Sequence record: SRR20825006_3074
Length of the DNA stretch: 35,587 bases
Direction: 5' to 3' (one strand)
The notes under the pieces were generated by a model. That model saw only the letters and a list, made by a program, of their open reading frames with translations, was not told where the DNA came from and did no database searches. Below are positions 9,040 through 17,434 of this stretch, in pieces. How positions within the stretch are numbered: the stretch's first letter is position 1; each line of letters opens with the position of its first letter. Made by a program: the position numbers and the translations under genes.

Positions 9040-10893
9040 TTACTCTTCAGGAGCAGGCTCACCACCCTGGGGCTGGTCGCTCATCGAGGCGTACATGATC
9101 TCGGCGATCCTGTAGGCGGTGCTCTCGAGCGACGAGATGATGGTGGTCAACTCGTCGACGGTCGCGCCCTCGAGCAGTTCGTTGATGGTGGCGACATCTT
9201 GCGCCATCTCCTCGCGCTCTTGCGGCGGGAGCATATGACCGTAGTCATTGATGGAGCGCTCGGTCGAGTAGAGCAGGCCCATGGCCTGGTTGCGCTTCTC
9301 GGCGACCTGGGCCTGGAGCGCGTCCTGCTCTTCGTGCGCGGCGGCCTCTTCGACCATGCGCTCGATCTCGTTCTCGGAGAGGCCACCATCGGCGACCACG
9401 CGCACGGTTTGTTCGATCCCCGTGCCGATATCCTTTGCCGAGACGGACACGATGCCGTTCTCGTCGATGTTAAAGGTGACCTGAATCTCTGGGACGCCGC
9501 GAGGTGCTGGGGGGATACCGTGCATCTCGAACTTGGCGAGGCTCTTGTTCCCGGCGACCATCTGGCGCTCGCCCTGGAGGACGTGCACGCGCACCATCTG
9601 CTGGTTATCCCGAGCGGTGGTGAAGGTCTCCATATAGGAGCAAGGGATCGTGGTGTTGCGAGGAATCAATGGCGTGAAGACGCCACCGGCGGTCTCGATA
9701 CCGAGCGTGAGCGGCGTGACATCGAGGAGCAACACATCGGTGAGCTCGCCGCGGACGATGCTCGATTGCACCGCAGCGCCCATGGCCACGACCTCGTCGG
9801 GGTTGACGGAAGTGTCGGGCTCCTTCTCGAAGAAGGCGCTGACTTCACGGCGCACCATCGGGGTGCGCGTCATACCACCGACGAGCAAGACGACATCGAT
9901 CTCGGACTTGGCAAGGCCAGCGTCTTCGAGCGCCTTTTGACATGGCGTCATGGTGCGCTCGACGAGGTCCGTGATCATCTCCTCGTACTGATCGCGCGTG
10001 ATGGACGCCTCGAGGTGCTTTGGACCGGTGGCGTCAGCGTGAATGAAGGGGAGCGAGATGCTGGTGTCCTCGCGGCTCGAGAGCTCGCACTTGGCGCGCT
10101 CTGCCTCTTCCTTGAGGCGCTGGAGCGCCATCTTGTTCTCGCGCAGGTCGACGCCGTGCTCCTCGTTGAACTGGTCCGCGAGCATGTCGATGATGCGATA
10201 GTCGAAGTCCTCGCCACCAAGGAAGGTATCCCCCGAGGTCGAGAGGACGCTGAAGACGCCATCGGCGAGCTCGAGGATGGACACATCGAAGGTGCCGCCG
10301 CCGAGATCGTATACGGCCACGCGGTGTTGCCCCGAGGTATCGGCCATGCCGAGGCCGTAGGCGAGCGCAGCGGCGGTGGGCTCGTTGACGATGCGCAGGA
10401 CATTGAGGCCGGCGATACGCCCGGCGTCCTTGGTGGCCTGGCGCTGTGCGTCGTTGAAGTAGGCGGGGACCGTGATCACGACGTCGGTGACTTCTTCACC
10501 GAGGTAATCCTCGGCCTGCCCCTTGAGCTCGCGCAGGATGAAAGAGGACACCTCGCTCGGCGAGTAGTCCTTGCCGCGAAGGTGCACCCAGGCGTCCCCT
10601 TTGGGGGAGCCCACGACCTTGAAAGGAGAGGATTCGATGACGCGCTTGACGTCTTCTTCTTCAAAACGCCTGCCGATCAAACGCTTGACCGCGTAGACGG
10701 TGTTCTCGGCGTTGGTCTCGCCCTGACGCTTCGCGAGGTGGCCGACGAGGCGCTGGCCATTCTCGGTCAGCGCGACGACCGAAGGGGTCGTGCGCGCGCC
10801 TTCGGAGTTGGGGATCACGACCCGTTCATCGCCATCGATAAAACAGACGCAAGAGTTGGTCGTACCCAGGTCGATTCCGATTGTTTTGCCCAT
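9040..10893 (-). CDS. dnaK: Hsp70 chaperone DnaK
   Basis: [61 protein letters not shown], linker [20 protein letters not shown]; 617 aa. Confidence 0.98.
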   Translation of the reverse strand: MGKTIGIDLGTTNSCVCFIDGDERVVIPNSEGARTTPSVVALTENGQRLVGHLAKRQGETNAENTVYAVKRLIGRRFEEEDVKRVIESSPFKVVGSPKGDAWVHLRGKDYSPSEVSSFILRELKGQAEDYLGEEVTDVVITVPAYFNDAQRQATKDAGRIAGLNVLRIVNEPTAAALAYGLGMADTSGQHRVAVYDLGGGTFDVSILELADGVFSVLSTSGDTFLGGEDFDYRIIDMLADQFNEEHGVDLRENKMALQRLKEEAERAKCELSSREDTSISLPFIHADATGPKHLEASITRDQYEEMITDLVERTMTPCQKALEDAGLAKSEIDVVLLVGGMTRTPMVRREVSAFFEKEPDTSVNPDEVVAMGAAVQSSIVRGELTDVLLLDVTPLTLGIETAGGVFTPLIPRNTTIPCSYMETFTTARDNQQMVRVHVLQGERQMVAGNKSLAKFEMHGIPPAPRGVPEIQVTFNIDENGIVSVSAKDIGTGIEQTVRVVADGGLSENEIERMVEEAAAHEEQDALQAQVAEKRNQAMGLLYSTERSINDYGHMLPPQEREEMAQDVATINELLEGATVDELTTIISSLESTAYRIAEIMYASMSDQPQGGEPAPEE

Positions 10894-10988
10894 AGTATCT
10901 TATCCTCTCTGGCCTAAAAGCCGCCGTTCTAACATGGTCTATTGCGAGACGCCCCCGCCAAGCGCGCCCTCAGGTTGTAGCAACGCAG

Positions 10989-12041
10989 TCAAGCCTGTGC
11001 CTGGCTCGTCTCTCCGCCAAGGCCAGCGTCGACACTGGGCTCCTCGAAAGATGCGTCGTCCTGCTCGGTCGCGGCGTCCTCTTCGGGGGCTGGCGCATCC
11101 TCTTTAGGCGCAGACTCTGGCGTCGCCTCGGGCTCGACCTCGGCCTCTGGCTCGGGCTCGACCTCCGCGGGGGGAGGATCGATGCGCTTCGCCACGACGG
11201 TGAGCGCGGGACGCAGGAGCCTGTCATGGATGAAGTAGCCCTTCTGGAACTCCTGCATCACGACGTTGGTGTCGAACTCGGTCGTCTCGATCTGCTGGAT
11301 CGCCTCGTGGCGTTGTGGATCAAACTTCTCACCGACAGACTCGAAGCTCTGGATGCCGTGCTTCTCGAGCGAGCTGATGAGTTGGCGATGCACCATGCGC
11401 ACGCCGTCCGAGATCGAGGACTCCTCGGCAGTCTTCTCCGCGTGCTCGAGCGCGCGCTCGAGGTTGTCGACGGCGGGCAAAAGATCGGAGACGATCTTGT
11501 CCGAGCCGTACTTGCGGAGCTCTTCCTTCTCGCGCTCCTTGCGCTTGCGGAAGTTATCCATATCCGCAGCGCTCCTGAGCAAGCGCGCCTTGAGGTCATC
11601 GCGCTCGCGCTGGAGGCCGGTGATCTCTTCATCGTTCGCGCTCACGCGCTCCTCGAGCTCCGCGAGGCGGCGCTCGAGTTCTTCGATGCGCTCGTCCTTG
11701 GCGTCCTTGACAGGAGGCGCATCGAGCACCTCGATCACAGGCTTCGAGCCAGTCGCCTCGAAGACCTCGCCTTCGTCATCCTCGGGGCTCAAGAAGAGTG
11801 GATCCTCTTCCTCAGGCTCGGTGTTGACGGAGTCGTCGGTCTCGATCTCTGGCTCTTCATCTGCCGAGTCGGACTCTTCCGAATCCTCGTCGCCATCAGG
11901 GGTAGCCTCGGCGTCCACTTCAGGAGCCTCGACCTCTTCCTCGCTCCCGCTTTCTTCAGCGGGCTGCTCGACTTCTTCGGGATTGTTCACCACCTCCTCG
12001 GATGGCGTCTCCTCCTGAACCGCGTCTTCGTTCTGACTCAA
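10989..12041 (-). CDS. grpE: Nucleotide exchange factor GrpE with long acidic N- and C-terminal extensions
   Basis: LLRSAADMDNFRKR, DLLPAVDNLERAL, GEKFDPQRHEAI, QKGYFIHDRLLRPALTVV. TTG start at 12041 follows GAGGAG, preferred over 12206. Confidence 0.95.
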   Translation of the reverse strand: MSQNEDAVQEETPSEEVVNNPEEVEQPAEESGSEEEVEAPEVDAEATPDGDEDSEESDSADEEPEIETDDSVNTEPEEEDPLFLSPEDDEGEVFEATGSKPVIEVLDAPPVKDAKDERIEELERRLAELEERVSANDEEITGLQRERDDLKARLLRSAADMDNFRKRKEREKEELRKYGSDKIVSDLLPAVDNLERALEHAEKTAEESSISDGVRMVHRQLISSLEKHGIQSFESVGEKFDPQRHEAIQQIETTEFDTNVVMQEFQKGYFIHDRLLRPALTVVAKRIDPPPAEVEPEPEAEVEPEATPESAPKEDAPAPEEDAATEQDDASFEEPSVDAGLGGETSQAQA

Positions 12042-12122
12042 TGTCTCCTCCAAACAGAGCTCGGGTGATGCCTGTGTGGGCAAAATCGCCACGTCGCGGC
12101 ATCTCTCATGGGTGAAGAGGGC

Positions 12123-12150
12123 AAAAGGGGTGTATTTCTCGCATTTCACG
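12123..12150 (-). promoter_or_regulatory. Possible sigma32-like promoter upstream of grpE
   Basis: Minus strand reads CGTGAAA-N13-CCCCTTTT versus consensus CTTGAAA-N13..17-CCCCATNT. Weak match in an AT-richer intergenic patch. Confidence 0.25.
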
Positions 12151-12281
12151 AGATAGAGGAATATCTCGACACCACTGATTTGCCTTACTTCATCTCGACG
12201 CCACAAACCTAGCGCGCTTGTCTATCTCTGGCAAGACGCAAGAAGGGCGCGTTCTGCGGCCATCTATCAGCCTGCCATGCG

Positions 12282-13325
12282 TCACTTATTCTGGTTCCCA
12301 AGGTAGCTCGAGAGCGCCAGCGCGGTCTGGTGAATCAGCGGCAAGATGCGCTCGTAGTCCACGCGAGATGGACCGATCACGCCGAGCAATCCGCTCGCTT
12401 CATCCTGCTGTCCGTAACCACAGACGATCAAGCTGACCTCATCGCCAAGTCCGAGCCCGAGATCGAGCTCCGGACCGAGCAACACCGTGGGGCGCTGCCC
12501 CTCGTCGAAACCATCGAGCAGCTCGAGGACCTGTTCCTTCTCCTCGAGGAGCTCGAGGAGATGTTTTAAACGCTCGGTGTCGGCGGTCAACTCATCGTAG
12601 TCGAAGACGTTGAACTTTCCCTCGACGACGACCTTGGGTTGCGTCGATTCGATGGCGCGCGCGCCGATCTCGAGCGCGAGCCGCACGAGCTCGTTTGCCT
12701 GGCGCGCCAGGACGAGCATCTCCCGGCGAACCTTCGTGCGCACCTCCTCGAGCGTCAACCCCAGGGCGAGCTCGGAGAGGTAGTCCTGGATGCGCTTTAA
12801 CTGCGTGCGGTCGAGCTCCTGATTCATCGGGACGACCTGGTGGTAGACCCGCGCGTCACTCGCGACGAGGATGGCGAGGATGCGCCGCTCGGAGAGCGGC
12901 GAGAGGTGGATGTCTTCGAGTCGGATCGAGCCGAGGCTCGGGGTCGAGACGATGCTCGTCAGGCGCACCAGATCACTGAGCAGGCTGCCGACGGTATGCG
13001 CGGCCTGCTCCATGTCCTTCCCCTCCATCGCGCCGAGCTCGCCCTGGATATGCACCAGCGCAGGATCGCCGATGGGGAGCCCCTCGACCGAGAGCGCGTC
13101 GATAAACAGGCGCAGCCCGCCTGGCGTGGGGACGCGCCCTGCCGATGTGTGCGGTTGACGCAGGAGCCCCTGCGCCTCGAGATCTCCCATCACATTGCGG
13201 ATCGTCGCGGAGCTGACATCGACCACGCCGCTGCGAGCGATGTGCGAGCTGCTCACAGGCTCACCGTTCGAGACGTAGCTGCGGATGACCTGAAATAAGA
13301 CCGACTGTTGCCTGGCGTTAAGCAT
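12282..13325 (-). CDS. hrcA: Heat-inducible transcription repressor HrcA
   Basis: GEPVSS, SSATIRNVMGDLE, QPHTSAGRVPT, LGVIGPSRVDY; located upstream of grpE-dnaK-dnaJ. Confidence 0.96.
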   Translation of the reverse strand: MLNARQQSVLFQVIRSYVSNGEPVSSSHIARSGVVDVSSATIRNVMGDLEAQGLLRQPHTSAGRVPTPGGLRLFIDALSVEGLPIGDPALVHIQGELGAMEGKDMEQAAHTVGSLLSDLVRLTSIVSTPSLGSIRLEDIHLSPLSERRILAILVASDARVYHQVVPMNQELDRTQLKRIQDYLSELALGLTLEEVRTKVRREMLVLARQANELVRLALEIGARAIESTQPKVVVEGKFNVFDYDELTADTERLKHLLELLEEKEQVLELLDGFDEGQRPTVLLGPELDLGLGLGDEVSLIVCGYGQQDEASGLLGVIGPSRVDYERILPLIHQTALALSSYLGNQNK

Positions 13326-13463
13326 CGCTTCTTTTCTCGACCTCGCTCGAGTCTTGTCACAAGCACGAACTCACTCGAGGAGGGAGCCCTGCTCCCATCC
13401 TCTTCGGATCGCTCATGAATCTACCAACCTGCACCGGCTCAAGGCAAGCGAGCACGCGCGCGC

Positions 13464-14495
13464 TCATTCTGCCTGCGCGGCGGCCTGCTCGGAGAGTCGG
13501 ATGAGGTTGCGGCTCTCGGGATCAAACCACATCACCAGGACGCCTGGCGTGACGATGACGACAAATTGCAGCACGTGCACCGTGGCCGCCAGCGCGGCGA
13601 CCTGCGCGCCAAAGACCTCGAGCACCACGAAGAGCCCGAGCGCGCGGGAGAAGAAGAACTCGAAGTTGCCCGCCATCGCTGGCCCCGCCGGGATCATGAT
13701 CCCGATCACGAGCAAGGCAAGCACCGTGGCCATATCCCAGAGGCTGACGTCGAGGCCAAAACCATACCGCGCGAGCAACCACATCGAGACGACGTTGCTC
13801 CCCCAGTAGAGCGCCGTCAGCGCCAGAAAACGCCCCAGCGAGCGCGCCTCGATGAGCGCGCGGAAGCCGTCGATGAAACCTTCGAGGAGCCCTGATAATT
13901 TCTCGGCCAACCCCTTGGAGATAAAACCGAAGACCTTCTCGACCATGCCGATGGTCCACGACTTGCTCCAGAGCGCGAGCAGGCAGGTCACCAGCGCGCC
14001 GATAAAGATCCCGGCGCTCAACGCGCCGGTGGTGTACGCGAACGTCGTGCTCTGCTCACCCGAGTACGTCGCCAACGTGACAAAGAGCAGGCCAGTGATA
14101 ATGAGCCCGTCGATGACGCGCTCGACGACCGCCGTGCCGAGCACGGCGCTCATCGAAAACGGCGTTCGCCTCGAGAGCAGGTATGGCCGCACCAGCTCGC
14201 CAAGGCGCAAGGGGAGCAACAAAATCGCCGTGAACCCCACCACGCAGACGCGGTGGACGAGCTTGCCGTCGACCTCTCCGAGCGGGCGCACCAGATCATA
14301 CCATCGCACGATCCTCGCGCCATGGCAGATGATATAGACCGCCACATAGATCGCGCCCCACGTGAGCAAGTGCGTGGTGTCCGCTTGCTCGAAGTAAGCC
14401 TCGAGCTGGTCTGTAGGCAATCCGCTCCAGGCCAGATAGAGGAAGAAGGCGCCGATGAGGTTGGCGATCAGGAAGGAGACAATAAAGCGGGTCAC
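13464..14495 (-). CDS. Flippase-like membrane protein (LPG_synthase_TM / UPF0104 family)
   Basis: About 8 TM helices; RIVRW, LLPLRLGELVRPYLL, VVERVID, IPAGPAMAGNFE motifs. GTG start overlaps the upstream TAG stop. Confidence 0.88.
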   Translation of the reverse strand: MTRFIVSFLIANLIGAFFLYLAWSGLPTDQLEAYFEQADTTHLLTWGAIYVAVYIICHGARIVRWYDLVRPLGEVDGKLVHRVCVVGFTAILLLPLRLGELVRPYLLSRRTPFSMSAVLGTAVVERVIDGLIITGLLFVTLATYSGEQSTTFAYTTGALSAGIFIGALVTCLLALWSKSWTIGMVEKVFGFISKGLAEKLSGLLEGFIDGFRALIEARSLGRFLALTALYWGSNVVSMWLLARYGFGLDVSLWDMATVLALLVIGIMIPAGPAMAGNFEFFFSRALGLFVVLEVFGAQVAALAATVHVLQFVVIVTPGVLVMWFDPESRNLIRLSEQAAAQAE

Positions 14496-16249
14496 TATTC
14501 ACCGAGTTCGCGCGAGATCTTGTCGCGGAGCGAGTCGAGCTCGCGATCCTCTTCCATCTTGCGGAAGCGACGCTCGACCTCGGAGAGGCGCGATCCGCCG
14601 CCAGCGCCACCGCCAGCACCCGAAGGTCCTCGGCCACCGCCGCCGGCGGCCTCCTTGAGCTTGGCCTTCTGGCGGCGCACATCCTGGAGCTCCTGCTGGA
14701 GCGGCTCGGCCTCGCGCAGGTAACCTCGAAGGATCCCTTCAGCCTCCTCGGCCAGATCCTCTTCATTCCATTCGCGCGCCAGATCGAGCCGGTTTCGCCA
14801 ACGCTGCTGCTCCTTGCCGAGCTCGCCGAGCCTGCGATCGAGCTCGCGCTCGGCGAGGATAAGCTGCGCGAGCTGCTCCTTTGCCTCGGCCTTGGAGATG
14901 CCGACAAACTCGTTGGCGTCGCGACCGCCACCGCCACCAGAACCAGAACCTCCGGTGCTTCCGCCAGATGAAGAGCTCGACCCCGAGGAGTCCGAGGAGG
15001 AGCTACCGCCACCGCGCGAGCCTCCGATCGACTCGAACGGGCCACCAAAGCCCTTGCGCTCGTTGTTTCCGCCACCCTGATCAGAGCCAGCGTCGCCGCC
15101 CTGCTCTTCCTCGCCGCCGCCCGGGTTGTTCACCTGGCGCCACTCGGGGGCATGAATCAATGCTCTTGCCATCGCCTCGGCGACCTCTTTCGAGCCACCT
15201 GGCAAGCCGATGCTGCCAGCGGCCTCGGCGTAACGCGCGAGGTTATCCTCGAGCAGGAAGCGCTCGATCTCGGCGCCGAGGCGGATCATATCCGAGACGT
15301 GGCGCCCGAGCTCGTGTCGCTCGAAGAAGGCCGCCTGAGCGCTCGCGTCACCGGCGTCTCCGACCATCATCACCGGCAAGCCGAGCGCGCTGATCTCGGG
15401 GATCATCGGATCGCTGGCGGTGGTGATGACCATATCGCCGACGGCGAGGTAGCGCTCGAGTTGATCGACTCGCCCGAACATCACGGCGTCGAAGCCGTGA
15501 TCATTGGCCGCGCGGCGCAAGGTCGCCGCGGCGCTGTTATCACCGTTGTGGTGGAACAGGAAGCGCACGTTGCCTTCGACGAGCTTTGCCTGGAACATCA
15601 TCTTCTCGAGCGAAGCGACGTCGAAGTTCTCAGCGCGCGCGATGACGAGTTTCTCCGAGTGAGAGAAGCCGAACTCATCGCGGAGCGCGCCCTTGTCGAG
15701 CTCTCTGGCGAAGCCAGGCTGCACCGCCGGACCGGCCACGAGCACGCGATCGGCGGGGACCTGAGCGCGCGCGAAGCGATCCGCGAGCTCCTCGTGCGGG
15801 ACGATAAAGGCGTGCAGGCCGCTCTTGAGCCAGGCGTCATGGAGGTTGAAGTCCGGCATGACGCCGACCTGCAGGGCAGGAATTCCGGTCAGCCCTTCGA
15901 GCACCGAGAGCGCGCGGACGTGGCGCGGATTGGTCACGGCGAGCAGGTCTGGCTTGACGCGACGGACGGCGCCGATGAGATCCTCGTCGGAGTGTCCCTG
16001 GACGGCGACGCGGAGACCGCGAAGCAAGCGCTCCGCGCTACCGGCGAGCGCGCCTCTGGCCATCGTCCCGATCACCTCGGAGATGGTCACGATCTCGGCG
16101 CGGGCGCCGCGCTCCTGAAGATGTCCCGCCACCGAAGCGAAGGCCTCGGCGCGCGCGGAGTGATCCACGAGAATCCAGACGAGTGAATCTTCTGGAATCG
16201 GTCCAAGCTCTTCGCGTTGCTCTTGCTGCTCGGTCTGCTCCTCGCTCAC
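14495..16249 (-). CDS. GT-B glycosyltransferase of MGDG-synthase/UgtP type fused through a Gly/Ser linker to a PspA/IM30-like coiled coil
   Basis: N-terminal part: KPDLLAVTNP, VMPDFNLHDAW, RVLVAGPAVQPGF, LRDEFG, FGRVDQLERYLAVGDMVIT, EISALGLPV. C-terminal part: WRNRLDLAREWNEEDLAEEA and ELDSLRDKI. GTG start at 16249 follows GGGAG, preferred over 16501. Confidence 0.8.
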   Translation of the reverse strand: MSEEQTEQQEQREELGPIPEDSLVWILVDHSARAEAFASVAGHLQERGARAEIVTISEVIGTMARGALAGSAERLLRGLRVAVQGHSDEDLIGAVRRVKPDLLAVTNPRHVRALSVLEGLTGIPALQVGVMPDFNLHDAWLKSGLHAFIVPHEELADRFARAQVPADRVLVAGPAVQPGFARELDKGALRDEFGFSHSEKLVIARAENFDVASLEKMMFQAKLVEGNVRFLFHHNGDNSAAATLRRAANDHGFDAVMFGRVDQLERYLAVGDMVITTASDPMIPEISALGLPVMMVGDAGDASAQAAFFERHELGRHVSDMIRLGAEIERFLLEDNLARYAEAAGSIGLPGGSKEVAEAMARALIHAPEWRQVNNPGGGEEEQGGDAGSDQGGGNNERKGFGGPFESIGGSRGGGSSSSDSSGSSSSSGGSTGGSGSGGGGGRDANEFVGISKAEAKEQLAQLILAERELDRRLGELGKEQQRWRNRLDLAREWNEEDLAEEAEGILRGYLREAEPLQQELQDVRRQKAKLKEAAGGGGRGPSGAGGGAGGGSRLSEVERRFRKMEEDRELDSLRDKISRELGE

Positions 16250-16605
16250 ATTCGACTCCCGGGCTTGGGGGCAAAAGAAGGTTGCCCTGTTAAAGCGGTC
16301 GACGCGCTCGCCCTCATGCTCTGACCGCCGACCTGCCGCCCGAACCTGTAGAAAAGGGGGGGCACAGGACTGTCGAGTATTCGGGGAATGCGTGCGCGCG
16401 ACCCTGGGTAAAAAAGATGGCCTGGAGCAATGCCCCAAAAAGAAACCTCTCGCGTTCAGGAGATCCTCGCCCCGTACACGTACACGAACAAAAGGGAGCA
16501 AGGATCGCCCAGGGTTGCCATCCGATGCCTTGTTGTACCAAGAGTGGATGGTTCACCCAAGAGAGAAGCGCAAGGATCTCTGGACAGAGAAGGCGCGGGG
16601 AGGGC

Positions 16606-16980
16606 TCAGTATTCGTAGAAGTTGTCGAGGAATTCCGCGATCTGGCTGACATCCATCGACTTGCAGAAATAGCCGTTGATGTCGTTCTCGATGCAAAACT
16701 CCTGGAGCTGCTCGGCCTCCTCGTCGCTAAACAGGACGATGACGAGGTCCTCGTAGTCCGGGGAGGCGCGCAATGTCTCGAGGAGTTCGGGGACATTGAG
16801 GCGAGGCATGTTCAAATCGAGGAGCAAGATCTCGGGGTTCTCATACTCGATCTTGGAGAGCGCGCCGTTTGGCGAAGAGAGAGTGACCACACCGTAGCCA
16901 CCTTCCTTGAGGTATCCCTCGGCCTCCATAACATCGAGGATGTTATCATCCAGGATCATCACCTTTCGGATCGCATCCAT
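16606..16980 (-). CDS. Single-domain (CheY-like) response regulator
   Basis: VMILDDN acidic pocket, LLLDLNMP phosphoacceptor Asp, LFSD, FCKS lysine; no output domain. ATG at 16980 follows AGGAG. Confidence 0.9.
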   Translation of the reverse strand: MDAIRKVMILDDNILDVMEAEGYLKEGGYGVVTLSSPNGALSKIEYENPEILLLDLNMPRLNVPELLETLRASPDYEDLVIVLFSDEEAEQLQEFCIENDINGYFCKSMDVSQIAEFLDNFYEY

Positions 16981-17265
16981 CAAACTGCTCCTGCTCGCGA
17001 AATCTTCAGACGTCCTGGCATCCAAACACCAGAGACCGTCGCGCTGCCACACTTCATATACAAGCCGACGCGGCACTCTTGAAGAAGATTCTTCGAGCAC
17101 TGCGCGTTCATGACTACAGATGAAGAGGTTTTGATCACCCTAAAATCAGGATAAACCTCGAAAAGTCAGCGGTCAATCGCCACGAACACTCCCCCACCGG
17201 GCTCTGACCGACACACGCTGACGTGATCCACATCGCCATGAAAGTGGCCGCCTGTCAAAAAACTC

Positions 17266-17309
17266 AAAAAAAAGACCCTGACTTCTTTATGGGAAGTCAG
17301 GGTCTTTTT
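17266..17309 (-). terminator. Rho-independent terminator of the tRNA (potentially bidirectional)
   Basis: AAAAAGACCCTGACTTC-TTTATGG-GAAGTCAGGGTCTTTTT, with a T8 run after the stem on the minus strand, immediately 3' of the tRNA. Confidence 0.9.
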
Positions 17310-17315
17310 CTTAGG

Positions 17316-17389
17316 AGGCCGCGACCGGATTCGAACCGGTGAATGGTGGTTTTGCAAACCACTGCCTTGGACCTCTTGGCTACGCGGCC
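17316..17389 (-). tRNA. tRNA-Cys (GCA)
   Basis: GGCCGCGTAGCCAAGAGGTCCAAGGCAGTGGTTTGCAAAACCACCATTCACCGGTTCGAATCCGGTCGCGGCCT: 7-bp acceptor stem, anticodon stem GTGGT/ACCAC with loop TTGCAAA, TTCGAAT T-loop, U discriminator. Confidence 0.97.
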
Positions 17390-17405
17390 ATCTCCAGGGT
17401 CAATG

Positions 17406-17434
17406 GGTATATCCCCGAGCCCTGATGGTGTCAA
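17406..17434 (-). promoter_or_regulatory. Sigma70-type promoter for tRNA-Cys
   Basis: Minus strand TTGACA (17434-17429), 17-nt spacer, TATACC (17411-17406), ending 16 nt before the mature tRNA 5' end. Confidence 0.7.

Noticed and set aside
8842-10917. 691-aa plus-strand ORF antisense to dnaK
   Set aside because: This is the well-known antisense frame of hsp70 genes, often mis-annotated as NAD-specific glutamate dehydrogenase. It arises from codon bias and has no independent motifs.
16250-16501. N-terminal extensions in the ORF track (GT from 16501, grpE from 12206, response regulator from 17100, tamA from 24030, cystathionine synthase from 35468)
   Set aside because: The upstream segments look non-protein-like. 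Downstream starts sit closer to where family similarity begins, and most have clear Shine-Dalgarno sequences.
16446-16593. 6S RNA interpretation of the long interrupted stem
   Set aside because: The closing-stem/bubble/terminal-stem shape is suggestive, but the bubble is very asymmetric, the length is short, and the usual zapA/ygfA/rny context is missing. Kept only as an unclassified structured-RNA candidate.
17316-17389. tRNA-Cys as an integration site for a genomic island
   Set aside because: No integrase, no duplicated tRNA 3' end seen in the window, the native terminator is intact, and flanking genes have the same codon style.
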